Assembly: GCA_040377305.1 (NCBI GenBank)
Contig: JBEIPA010000007.1
Span: 32,001-96,000, forward strand
Source of the DNA: Flavobacteriales bacterium
GTDB lineage: Bacteria; Bacteroidota; Bacteroidia; Palsa-965
Reading direction: 5' to 3'
Length of the DNA stretch: 64,000 bases
A program made the position numbers and the translations under genes. The number at the start of each line of letters is the position of its first letter. Position 1 is the first letter of the stretch. A model generated the notes under the pieces. That model was not told where the DNA came from, did not search any database, and saw only the letters and a list, made by a program, of their open reading frames with translations. Positions 37,616-46,910 of the stretch are shown here, one piece after another.

Positions 37616-40046
37616 TGATCGCTTCAGGATTGGTTTTTGAATCATCCATGAGAATCTTACGCAGCTTCTGATACATAAACGAAACTGTAAGCAAGATCAC
37701 GCCGCACAATACGAAGGCAACAATTTTTCCGCTTTGCGATTCGCCGAAGAATCCGAGCAGTGCAAGCTTCACAACAACTCCGCCCATGAGCACGAGTGAA
37801 ATGATTCGCACCTGGCGATTTTTGTTTTTCATGCCAATGATCATCAGCAAGAATGATGAAAGACCCCAGATAATCGGGAATCCGACTTTGTGGCTCATTG
37901 AAGTTGCGTTGTCGATATTAAACGGCACGTCATTGATTCTCCACGAAGGATTTTCCGGATTCAAACAATATGACATCACCATCGTGTGATCTAGTTCTGC
38001 ACTCAGAATGAAAATTGCAACGGCGCTGATGAACCACAAATACAATCGGCCGCTCTCACCAGTAGCCTTCACATTCTTATAGTAATCGATCAGCAACCAG
38101 GCTCCAAGCGCAATGATTCCTGCGATGTACACGTAGTGCATCATGAACGGACTGAATGCATTCGGCATTCCCAACAACCACTTGTCGCGCGCTGCAACCG
38201 TGGAGATATGCGGGAAGATTACAGTACTCGCAAGCATGATGATAGATGCGAACTTCAGCGTCCACGAGAAATACTCCAGCTTGAGGTAGTTCATGGACAA
38301 GCGCAGAGCTACGATAAATCCAACTACGTATGTTGCCCAGTAAACCGGCATCACTTTGAAGCTGTAGCCCGGCATAAGTTGGTGCGACATTTCAAAAAGA
38401 CCACCGAAGAACAGAATCACAACTGCGAATGAACTCAACAGCTTTCTGTAGTCATCGCGCGTTAAATTGCCAGCGATGAATTCGTCCTTATTTCTGCTAA
38501 GAAGCATTGAAGAAACTGCCAATGAAATCACCGCACCGATTGTCGTGATGAAACCTTTGTTCACGATGATACTCGAGTCTGCACCTGTAGCGTAAACAAT
38601 CGCCCAGTTGTAGAATGTGCTGAACACAAGTACGAGGTTCAGGATCATAGAGAACACTTTCACCACTTTCAGATTGCTGCGGTAGTAGAACCACAACAAC
38701 AATGCAGCTTCAGCAGCCCAGAAGAGCGTGATGTGATTTCCTTCGAGTTGTACCGGACCTGCAAGTGAAACGAATGTGATCACAAGTCCTACAAGGAAGT
38801 AAATCAGGTTTCGGTCAACTTCCTGTCGACGGAACAGCATGAACGCGAAGATGCAATTGAATGCAGCCACGAGCAGGGTGAACAGTCCTTTCATGGAATG
38901 CAACTCCATGTGGTGAAGCAAAAAGAAGCCTGCTCCATAGTACAAACCTGTGTTCGACAGCAAGCTGAGAATCTCAAACGCTTCGAACTTACGTTTCGCT
39001 TTCACGTTATTGATGATGTTCATCGTGAAGAACGTGAGGTAGAATAAGGTTGCAAACAGAAACGCTTCATGATCGTGCGCATGTGCATTCACCGACAAAT
39101 CTTTCGTTAACGCTGCTGCATAGAACAGAATCGTAAACAGAAACGAAAGAACCGTGATAACATTCCACTTCTTGAAATACGCGAGCAGCAACATGCCGAT
39201 GTCGAGTACAAGCATGTAGATACAAAGCACCACGAAGTTTCCTTCGCCGGTTCTTACCATGAGAGGAGATGCGAATCCGCCGATGATTGCGAGTATCGCC
39301 AGTTCTTTTCTATCGTACGCGACAGAAAGAAGAACGGTGAATAGCGTAATGACGACAAGAATTCCCAGCGCAACAGGTTGTTCGAATAGATGATATACCT
39401 GGAACGCATACGTGATTGTGAAATACAAAGCAGCGATACCACCACCCGCGAGTACAGAACTGAATGTGGTGTAGGATTTGCGCAAACGGTGTGCAACAGC
39501 AATCAGGATACCACCGGAAAGAATTCCGATTGCAGTTCTTCCGATTTCGTTAATCCATTCTTTATCGATTGCATATTTCACAAAGAATGCAATACCGATT
39601 ACGAGAATGGCGATACCGATGAACGTAATTAGTCGCTCACCAATGAATTTCTCGAGATCAGGATTCTTTTCGAAGAAACCTTTGGACTCTTGTTCCACAC
39701 GCGGTTTTGACTGAGGAATGTATTGCGACTTCAATTGCGATTGCTCGAATTGTTTCTTTTGTTCCTCGGACATAACGGGTTTAGCAGGTTGTTTAACCGA
39801 TTCTTGTGGTGGTGGTGGCGGTGTGTGTACTTGTTGTACCGTTGGCGGCGCAACCGGTGGATTGTACTGTGGTTGCACAACGGGAGGCACATAAGAGGGT
39901 GTTGGTGCGTTGTACGCCGGCTTCGGATTAAAGAAGCCGTTACTGCTTAGCATGTGATGAATTTCAATCAGGTTGTGTCGGATGTTTTCCGTTTGACTGT
40001 AAAGCTCATCCAGCTTCTTCTTCACATCACTGGGACGATCGGGCAT
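37599..40046 (-). CDS. DUF2339 multi-pass membrane protein
   Basis: Pro-rich linker, LEKFIGERL..IG..ILVIG.AFFVKYAI, ITLFWAAEA, many TM helices. Confidence 0.88.
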   Translation of the reverse strand: MPDRPSDVKKKLDELYSQTENIRHNLIEIHHMLSSNGFFNPKPAYNAPTPSYVPPVVQPQYNPPVAPPTVQQVHTPPPPPQESVKQPAKPVMSEEQKKQFEQSQLKSQYIPQSKPRVEQESKGFFEKNPDLEKFIGERLITFIGIAILVIGIAFFVKYAIDKEWINEIGRTAIGILSGGILIAVAHRLRKSYTTFSSVLAGGGIAALYFTITYAFQVYHLFEQPVALGILVVITLFTVLLSVAYDRKELAILAIIGGFASPLMVRTGEGNFVVLCIYMLVLDIGMLLLAYFKKWNVITVLSFLFTILFYAAALTKDLSVNAHAHDHEAFLFATLFYLTFFTMNIINNVKAKRKFEAFEILSLLSNTGLYYGAGFFLLHHMELHSMKGLFTLLVAAFNCIFAFMLFRRQEVDRNLIYFLVGLVITFVSLAGPVQLEGNHITLFWAAEAALLLWFYYRSNLKVVKVFSMILNLVLVFSTFYNWAIVYATGADSSIIVNKGFITTIGAVISLAVSSMLLSRNKDEFIAGNLTRDDYRKLLSSFAVVILFFGGLFEMSHQLMPGYSFKVMPVYWATYVVGFIVALRLSMNYLKLEYFSWTLKFASIIMLASTVIFPHISTVAARDKWLLGMPNAFSPFMMHYVYIAGIIALGAWLLIDYYKNVKATGESGRLYLWFISAVAIFILSAELDHTMVMSYCLNPENPSWRINDVPFNIDNATSMSHKVGFPIIWGLSSFLLMIIGMKNKNRQVRIISLVLMGGVVVKLALLGFFGESQSGKIVAFVLCGVILLTVSFMYQKLRKILMDDSKTNPEAINEETA

Positions 40047-40082
40047 ATTGCGTGTTGTTGGTTCCTGGTTGGTTCACTTTAA

Positions 40083-40120
40083 TAAGACCTTAAAGGTTTT
40101 CGAAAACCTTTAAGGTCTTA
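40083..40120. repeat. Perfect 38-bp palindrome (REP-like)
   Basis: taagaccttaaaggttttcgaaaacctttaaggtctta equals its own reverse complement. Confidence 0.9.
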
Positions 40121-40396
40121 CTGTGTGAACGATTCTACGGTCAACGTTACGCAAGGTTTTCGTGAAAAAAACCCAACCACCATTTCGTGTGATGGCGAAA
40201 ACGATTGAAATTTCACCTACCGATTTCCGATATGGTGCTGATAATTAAGCAAGTGTTTAGTGTTCGGAAAATATATTATGCATGCATAGTTTTAATACAT
40301 TTTAACTAGCGGAGGCCTCACTGACAAATTCGCGACATTTTGCGCGACGCGATAAATACTAAAGTGTGTTCTTGCTTTATTGTTTATCGCAAATTG

Positions 40397-40587
40397 GAAC
40401 GCGGATTTTTATGCCCATTGTTTTCCAGTACTTCTCGCGGATCATTCATGTGTATACTTCGACTAAAAATTTGATCTAATGAGATACGTTTAAGTTTATC
40501 TCATAGTATCCAATACCGGACACGATCTATCAACCGCACTGATCCGAGTGCACCGCTAGCACCAAAAGCACGTCAAAATCCGCGTTC
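40397..40587. mobile_element. MITE-like element with 13-bp TIR GAACGCGGATTTT
   Basis: Perfect TIR at 40397-40409 and 40575-40587; central atgagata/tatctcat; homologous to the 7907 element. Confidence 0.65.
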
Positions 40588-40606
40588 TATGGGGAAAGGA
40601 AATCGT

Positions 40607-40614
40607 TAACTTTG
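40607..40614 (+). promoter_or_regulatory. -7 box TAACTTTG of the panD operon
   Basis: TAnnTTTG consensus just upstream of the ATG. Confidence 0.6.
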
Positions 40615-40622
40615 TCGCCGCT

Positions 40623-40979
40623 ATGATTATCCAAGTGATGAAGTCCAAAATTCACCGTGTTCGGGTTACCGAAGCGGATCTGAATTATATCGGAAGTATT
40701 ACCATTGACGAAAACCTGATGGACGCTGCTAATCTCATCGAGAATGAGCAGGTACACGTGTTGAATTACAGAAACGGTGAGCGCATCATCACGTATGTGA
40801 TCAGAGGTGAACGCGGCTCCGGAGTTATTTGCCTGAACGGTCCTGCAGCTTTGAAATTCTCTCCGGGAGATGACTGTATTGTGATTTCTTACTGCGACAT
40901 GGAATTTGAGACGGCGAAGAAATTCAATCCGTCTGTGATTTTTCCGGATGTCAACAAGAGCAACCAGCTTAACAAGTAA
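40623..40979 (+). CDS. panD: Aspartate 1-decarboxylase
   Basis: KSKIHR, Y.GSITID cleavage site, TYVI, ICLNGPAA. Confidence 0.97.
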   Translation: MIIQVMKSKIHRVRVTEADLNYIGSITIDENLMDAANLIENEQVHVLNYRNGERIITYVIRGERGSGVICLNGPAALKFSPGDDCIVISYCDMEFETAKKFNPSVIFPDVNKSNQLNK

Positions 40980-40982
40980 GCA

Positions 40983-41978
40983 GTGAAGAAGAAATCCGTT
41001 CAGATACTCCAGTTCATTATTTTCTTCGGACTCGGAGGTGGACTGATGTACTGGCAGTTCAGCGGATTTACTGACGAAGAACGTGAAGCTTTCTATAAAG
41101 GCCTTCGCAATGCAAATTATTATTGGTTTGCCATTGCTGTACTGATTGGAATGCTTGCGCACCTGTTGCGTGCCATACGGTGGCAGATGTTGCTTACGCC
41201 TCTCGGCCACAAAGCTGGATTAGGCACACGCTTTTACGCTGTGCTGCTCGGCTATCTCGCAAACTATGCTTTTCCGCGATTGGGTGAAGTTGTTCGTCCA
41301 AGTGTATTGACAGTAAGCGATAATGTTCCGCTATCAGAATCTTTTGGGACTGTTGTTGTAGAACGCATTGTGGATATGCTTTGCCTCGGTGTGATTTTTC
41401 TGTTTGTGCTGGTGTTACAGTTTGCGGAGCTCCAGGGAATTTTCTTTGAGTACGTTTGGGATCCTGCAATGATCAAGCTTGACGGCTTGAGCGAAAGTCC
41501 ATTGAAGATCGGTTTGCTTGCGTTTACCGTTGCTGTACTCATCGGAGGCTTCTTGTTTATTCGCCACAGAGTAAAAGGAAAGGCGAAGGCATTTTTCGTA
41601 GGACTGAAAGACGGAATTCTTTCTGTGCGCAAAGTGAAGAACCCGGTTTTGTTCATTACACAATCGTTGCTGATTTGGTTCTGCTATTATCTCGCATTGT
41701 ATGTTGTGTTTTTCTGTTTCCCGGAAACATCTTCGCTCACGATGAACAATGCATTGATCCTGGTTCTGTTCGGAACATTCGGTGTTGCATTCACGCCGGG
41801 TGGAATAGGAGCATACCAGATTATCATCACCGCCATTCTGATTGATATTGCACCCGAATCTACACCAGCAGCAGCGTCATTCGCATGGCTTTCCTGGGGT
41901 GCGCAAGTAGCAACCGTTCTTATATTTACCGGACTAGCATTTGCGTTACGTCCTGTACTTAACAAGCTGTCCAAATGA
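40983..41978 (+). CDS. Lysylphosphatidylglycerol synthase TM / flippase-like domain protein
   Basis: RAIRW..LL, PRLGEVVR, GTVVVER..D, TPGGIGAY. Confidence 0.9.
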   Translation: MKKKSVQILQFIIFFGLGGGLMYWQFSGFTDEEREAFYKGLRNANYYWFAIAVLIGMLAHLLRAIRWQMLLTPLGHKAGLGTRFYAVLLGYLANYAFPRLGEVVRPSVLTVSDNVPLSESFGTVVVERIVDMLCLGVIFLFVLVLQFAELQGIFFEYVWDPAMIKLDGLSESPLKIGLLAFTVAVLIGGFLFIRHRVKGKAKAFFVGLKDGILSVRKVKNPVLFITQSLLIWFCYYLALYVVFFCFPETSSLTMNNALILVLFGTFGVAFTPGGIGAYQIIITAILIDIAPESTPAAASFAWLSWGAQVATVLIFTGLAFALRPVLNKLSK

Positions 41979-42466
41979 GTGCACTCGATCACGTGAAAGC
42001 AAAAATTCAGACGAAGGAAACACTTCGTTACTTTTTGAATTCACAGCAATTCTTCGGAAGAAAGATTGTGTTCACAAATGGTGTTTTCGATCTCATGCAT
42101 TTGGGTCACGCCGATTACCTGAGCAAAGCAAAAGATTGCGGACACATTCTCGTTGTAGGAATGAACAGCGATGCGTCTGTGAAAATGCTCAACAAAGGTG
42201 ATTCACGTCCACTTCAGGATCAGACATCGCGCTCTACAGTTCTTGCCTCATTACAGTTTGTAGATTACGTCGTGATCTTCGATGACGAGACACCTTACGA
42301 GCTCATAAAATTTCTGCAACCCGATGTTTTGGTGAAAGGCGCCGATTACAAAGTAGAACAAATCGCCGGTCACGACATCGTGCTGGCACGAGGAGGAGAA
42401 GTGAAGCTGATTGAATTGGTGCAGGGATATTCGACTACTGCGATTGAGAAAAAAATCAAAGGCTGA
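41975..42466 (+). CDS. rfaE2: D-glycero-beta-D-manno-heptose 1-phosphate adenylyltransferase
   Basis: VFTNGVFDLMHLGH, G.NSDASV..L.KG..RP, PDVLVKG.DY, GYSTT. Confidence 0.92.
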   Translation: MSALDHVKAKIQTKETLRYFLNSQQFFGRKIVFTNGVFDLMHLGHADYLSKAKDCGHILVVGMNSDASVKMLNKGDSRPLQDQTSRSTVLASLQFVDYVVIFDDETPYELIKFLQPDVLVKGADYKVEQIAGHDIVLARGGEVKLIELVQGYSTTAIEKKIKG

Positions 42467-42750
42467 TGCACCACGTCTTCAACATCGGCGTAACCGAAAT
42501 TCACCAGGTCGACATTCGCTTCGATCAGTTCTGGGGCAAGTTCCAGATTTTGGTTGATGGAATTGTTGCCATTGATCGTCTATTCATTTTCGATTTCAGC
42601 GTTTCCCGCGATTTTGATTTGTGGGTTGGCATTCACGAAAAGCATCACGTGCGCATCAACAAAACACGTCCGGTCTTCTTCGCCGGATTTCAGCCGCATA
42701 CTTATGCTATTCACATTGATGGGGTGGTAGTGAATAAGTTTGATGCGTAA
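42466..42750 (+). CDS. Small beta-rich hypothetical protein
   Basis: Translationally coupled to rfaE2 (TGATG overlap). Confidence 0.75.
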   Translation: MHHVFNIGVTEIHQVDIRFDQFWGKFQILVDGIVAIDRLFIFDFSVSRDFDLWVGIHEKHHVRINKTRPVFFAGFQPHTYAIHIDGVVVNKFDA

Positions 42751-42761
42751 ATCGAGGCTTC

Positions 42762-43287
42762 AAAAAGGGAACACGGGAAAAAACGGAAACGGCTGAAAAA
42801 ACACTGATTAAAGTGTTGATTCAACCGGCTTCAAATTTCGATTATGTTTTCGGTCATTTGTGAAAAGTATTCTTCTGAATTGAGGTTTCTCCCCGAAGTT
42901 TAAAACATAACCCAGTTCAATATCGGTTGCTCGTAAGTAGTTAAACAATTGAGTTTCGAATTCCGTTACAATACATGAAGCTGCTTTGAGTTCCAGGATT
43001 ATGGATTCTGCGACAATTATATCTGCATAATAGTCACCCACCTTTTCTGCTTCATAGTAAACTGATATCTGTTTCTGTTTTTCGCAATGCAATCCTAGTT
43101 TTCGAAATTCGATCAATAACGAGTTCTCATATACTTTCTCGGAGAATCCGTAACCCATTTTGTTATAAACGTTGTAAAATCCCTTCAAAATTTTATCTGT
43201 CGTGTCTTTGTGTAAGAGTTCCATGATCATTCATATTAAAATCCGTAATTAATCTGTCGTTTCCGTTTTTTTCAGTGTTCCATTTTT
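42762..43287. mobile_element. TIR-flanked GxxExxY cassette
   Basis: 42762-42796 vs reverse complement of 43253-43287 match 30/35; right arm overlaps the radA stop. Confidence 0.6.
42808..43230 (-). CDS. GxxExxY protein (PD-(D/E)XK nuclease-like)
   Basis: GYGFSEKVY, YADIIV...IILELKA, QLFNYLRAT....G..LNFG. Confidence 0.93.
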   Translation of the reverse strand: MIMELLHKDTTDKILKGFYNVYNKMGYGFSEKVYENSLLIEFRKLGLHCEKQKQISVYYEAEKVGDYYADIIVAESIILELKAASCIVTEFETQLFNYLRATDIELGYVLNFGEKPQFRRILFTNDRKHNRNLKPVESTL

Positions 43288-44656
43288 AACCAAAGAGCCC
43301 ACTAAACACCTCCTCGATCTTCCCGCACATCTTCAATCTTATAGCATAAGCATCCTGCTTCAATCCTTTGTGAAATTTGGAGATGTAAATTTCTTTGAAG
43401 CCCAATTTTTCTGCTTCTGAAATTCGTTGTTCGATTCTTGTAACCGGACGAATTTCTCCACTCAAACCAACTTCAGCAGCAAAGCAAATTCCATGTGATA
43501 TGGGAATATCAGCATTCGAAGAAAGTACCGCACAAACCACAGCGAGATCAATTCCGGGGTCTTCTACTTTCAGCCCTCCAGCGATATTTAAGAAAACATC
43601 TTTTGCACCGAGGCGAAATCCGCAACGCTTTTCCAGTACTGCCAACAACATTCCCAATCGACGCAGATCAAATCCGGTTGAAGAACGTTGTGGTGTTCCG
43701 TACGCTGCAGAACTTACGAGTGCCTGTGTTTCAATCAGCATGGGACGCATTCCTTCCATCAGCACTGCAATCGAAACTCCGCTTACCGGTTCTTCCCTCG
43801 ATGTAACGAGAATTTCCGAAGGATTACTCACTTCACGCAAACCGCTTCCTTGCATTTCGTAAATGCCGAGTTCATTCGTAGAGCCAAAACGATTTTTCGT
43901 TGTGCGCAACAAACGATACACGTGATTTCGGTCTCCTTCGAACTGCAATACGGTATCAACCATGTGCTCCAGCACTTTCGGTCCGGCTATGGAACCGTCT
44001 TTCGTAATGTGACCGATCAGAAACACCGGTACATTATTTTCTTTAGCGTAACGCAACATTTCTCCTGCACACTCCCGCACTTGTGAAACACTTCCTGGTG
44101 ACGATTCAACACTCGCCGTATGCAAGGTCTGAATCGAATCAATGATCATCAACTGCGGTTGTATTGCAGCAGCCTGCTGAAAAATATTAGTCGTGTTGGT
44201 CTCGGTGAGTATGAAGCAGTCGGTGTTCTTGATTCCGATTCGCTCTGCCCGCATTCTGATCTGCTGTTCGCTCTCTTCACCGGATACATACAGCACACGC
44301 ATTTTAACCTGCGTCGCAATCTGCAACATGAGTGTTGACTTTCCAATGCCCGGTTCACCACCGAACAGCACCAGCGATCCTGGAACAAGTCCACCACCGA
44401 GTACGCGCGTTAGTTCTTTATCGTAGAGAGGAACGCGATGTTCTTCACCCGCAGTGATTTCATCGAGCTTTAGTGGTTTTACAGAACGTCCGTTTGAACG
44501 GGAAAACGGAGAAGATCGTGGATCATCATTCTTCTTAACGATTTCCTCGACGTAGGTATTCCACTCATTACAGGAATTACATTTCCCCACCCATTTTGGA
44601 GAGCTCGATCCGCAGTTCTGACAGAAATATTGAGTTTTGATTTTTGCAACAGCCAT
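43286..44656 (-). CDS. radA: DNA repair protein RadA/Sms
   Basis: C4 zinc finger, GEPGIGKST, DSIQT, KNRFG, Lon-like C-terminus. Confidence 0.98.
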   Translation of the reverse strand: MAVAKIKTQYFCQNCGSSSPKWVGKCNSCNEWNTYVEEIVKKNDDPRSSPFSRSNGRSVKPLKLDEITAGEEHRVPLYDKELTRVLGGGLVPGSLVLFGGEPGIGKSTLMLQIATQVKMRVLYVSGEESEQQIRMRAERIGIKNTDCFILTETNTTNIFQQAAAIQPQLMIIDSIQTLHTASVESSPGSVSQVRECAGEMLRYAKENNVPVFLIGHITKDGSIAGPKVLEHMVDTVLQFEGDRNHVYRLLRTTKNRFGSTNELGIYEMQGSGLREVSNPSEILVTSREEPVSGVSIAVLMEGMRPMLIETQALVSSAAYGTPQRSSTGFDLRRLGMLLAVLEKRCGFRLGAKDVFLNIAGGLKVEDPGIDLAVVCAVLSSNADIPISHGICFAAEVGLSGEIRPVTRIEQRISEAEKLGFKEIYISKFHKGLKQDAYAIRLKMCGKIEEVFSGLFG

Positions 44657-44768
44657 AACATCACAATTATTGATGTTACAAAGCTATGGTGCGAAAAACT
44701 AGCGTGCTTGGAAAACTAAAAAATTTAGCCAGCCGTCGCTTGAGAATAGTAATAGTCTGATTAGCAGA

Positions 44769-46166
44769 CTACGCAATAACCGGCATCTCCTTCGGAAACT
44801 CCATTCCCTCCAACACTCTCCATCCACCTCTCACATTCACAAGGTTCGTGTAGCCTTGCTGCTTGAGAATTGAAATTGCGATTACGGAACGGTACCCACC
44901 TGCGCAGTGAACGTAGTGCGGTTCGTTCTTGTCGACTTGAGCTGCAGCTTTCTCCGGATTATTGAACTGGCTCAGGCAAAGATGTTGTGCACCGTGCGCG
45001 TGACCGTTGTCCCATTCGCCGGGGCGACGAACATCAATAACGTGATCGTGTTTTGATTTGTTCATCTCCGCAACAAAAACTTCCGGATCTACTGAAGTCA
45101 TGGTGTCAGTTGGTAAACCTGCTTTCGTCCACGAATCAATTCCACCTTCGAGATAGCCCAGTACATTTTCGTAACCAACACGTGCGAGACGAAGAATTGC
45201 TTCTTCTTCACGACCTGCAGTTGCAACAATCACAAGTTTCACATTGATGTCGATGAGTGTTCCCACCCACACGGCGTATGTTCCGTCGAGACCAATGAAC
45301 GTTGATCCCGGAATAAATCCTTTTTCAAATTCTCCGGCAGTACGCGTATCGAGAACAAGTGCGCCCGCTTCGATTGCTGATTTTACTTTCAGCGCGTCAA
45401 GACCAACTACATTGCGCGCAAGAACGTTGTCGATATTTTCATATCCGTTCTTATTGATCATCGCGTCTTTGAAAAAATATTGCGGAGGTGCAGATAAGCC
45501 AGCAGTTACGGTAGCAATGAATTCATTACGATCTGTAATTTTCATTGCGTAATTCTGTTCTTTCTGTTGTCCGATAGTTGACCACGTTTCTTTGCCGATA
45601 TTTTTGCCGCACGAAGAACCAGGACCGTGAGCAGGATACATCAACACATCATCACCAAGCTTTTTGAGTTTGTTGTTGAGTGAATCAAATAACATTCCTG
45701 CAAGTTCTTCTTTGCTCATCTTTCCGTCGAGCAAATCAGGGCGACCAACATCACCAACGAAAAGTGTATCGCCGGTAAATACCGCGTGCTCTTTTCCGTT
45801 TTCATCAATGAGCAAATAGCAAGCTGATTCCGGTGTATGTCCCGGAGTGTGAAGAACACGAATCGTGATTTTTCCAACTTTGAATTCCTGTCCGTCTTTC
45901 GCATTAATCACAGCGTACTTTGTATCGGCACCAGGTCCGTAAATAATATCGGCACCTGTAGCTTTCGACAGATCGATGTGACCTGAAACGAAGTCGGCGT
46001 GGAAATGCGTTTCGAAAATATATTTGATTGTTACACCGCGCTCAGCTGCTTTCGCAATGTAAGGCGTTGTTTCACGAATGGGATCAATCACCACTGCTTC
46101 ACCTTCTGACTCCACCCAATATGCTGCCTCGGCAAGACAATTGGTATACATCTGTTCTACGTACAT
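44769..46166 (-). CDS. MBL-fold hydrolase / persulfide dioxygenase-like with tandem rhodanese domains
   Basis: THFHADFVSGH, HTPGHT, TGDTLFVGDVGRPDL, PAHG, HCAGGYRS. Confidence 0.93.
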   Translation of the reverse strand: MYVEQMYTNCLAEAAYWVESEGEAVVIDPIRETTPYIAKAAERGVTIKYIFETHFHADFVSGHIDLSKATGADIIYGPGADTKYAVINAKDGQEFKVGKITIRVLHTPGHTPESACYLLIDENGKEHAVFTGDTLFVGDVGRPDLLDGKMSKEELAGMLFDSLNNKLKKLGDDVLMYPAHGPGSSCGKNIGKETWSTIGQQKEQNYAMKITDRNEFIATVTAGLSAPPQYFFKDAMINKNGYENIDNVLARNVVGLDALKVKSAIEAGALVLDTRTAGEFEKGFIPGSTFIGLDGTYAVWVGTLIDINVKLVIVATAGREEEAILRLARVGYENVLGYLEGGIDSWTKAGLPTDTMTSVDPEVFVAEMNKSKHDHVIDVRRPGEWDNGHAHGAQHLCLSQFNNPEKAAAQVDKNEPHYVHCAGGYRSVIAISILKQQGYTNLVNVRGGWRVLEGMEFPKEMPVIA

Positions 46167-46381
46167 ACTGCTCTCGGTTATCTCGTTGACGGAGTAGATT
46201 TGTTCTCCCGCGCCGATTCAATTTCGACGCGTCTCCGTGACCACAAAGATACGGAGTTGGGTTGTGATGGTGCCGGACAGGAGCATGACACGGATTAGCC
46301 AAAAATGACTAACTCTACGCGGTTTTTAGCCTGAATCGCGACTATTTCGCGAAAAACGGGTTAGTATTTACATTTGACGAT

Positions 46382-46810
46382 ATGAAATTGACTGTGCATC
46401 GTTGCCTGAAGAAGCCCGGATTGATCATTCGCGCGAAGACTTATTTTCTGGAATTGAATTCGCGTGGACTCTACATCATTGCGCTTGGAAATGCAGCGAT
46501 GATGCCACCACCACGTAGTGTTGTGCACGAAGTGGTTGGTAAAGCAGCATACAATCATTTCGATAAAAAGTACGAAGCTGAAATTCTTGCGAATGAACAG
46601 AAAATTCAACTTGGACAACTTGATGATCTTGCGTCGGCAAAATATTCCTACTTCTTAAGAAAAGAAGAAGTACAGGAGTTCAAAGTGAGTTCATTTCACG
46701 ATGCGGTTCGTATGGATATCAAAGGCGGGAAGGTGAAGATTACTTTGTTTGCACATCCGGAATATGGAAACGTAGTTACAGAAATAGCAAAGATTCTTGG
46801 TAAGATTTAG
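46382..46810 (+). CDS. Hypothetical protein
   Basis: Clean 142-aa ORF filling the interval. Confidence 0.7.
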   Translation: MKLTVHRCLKKPGLIIRAKTYFLELNSRGLYIIALGNAAMMPPPRSVVHEVVGKAAYNHFDKKYEAEILANEQKIQLGQLDDLASAKYSYFLRKEEVQEFKVSSFHDAVRMDIKGGKVKITLFAHPEYGNVVTEIAKILGKI

Positions 46811-46862
46811 GCTAAAGTCGTGAGACCGAGATTGTGGCTTTTTTCTGAGGCCCACGATCACG

Positions 46863-46908
46863 ATGGTCAGAAAACCGCAGAGACGCAAAGTCGCAGAGGA
46901 CCGCAAAG
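46863..46908. repeat. 46-bp dispersed repeat (copy of 18129-18174), 2 bp after the YeiH stop
   Basis: 43/46 identity, inverted relative to the 18129 copy. Confidence 0.8.
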
Positions 46909-46910
46909 AA

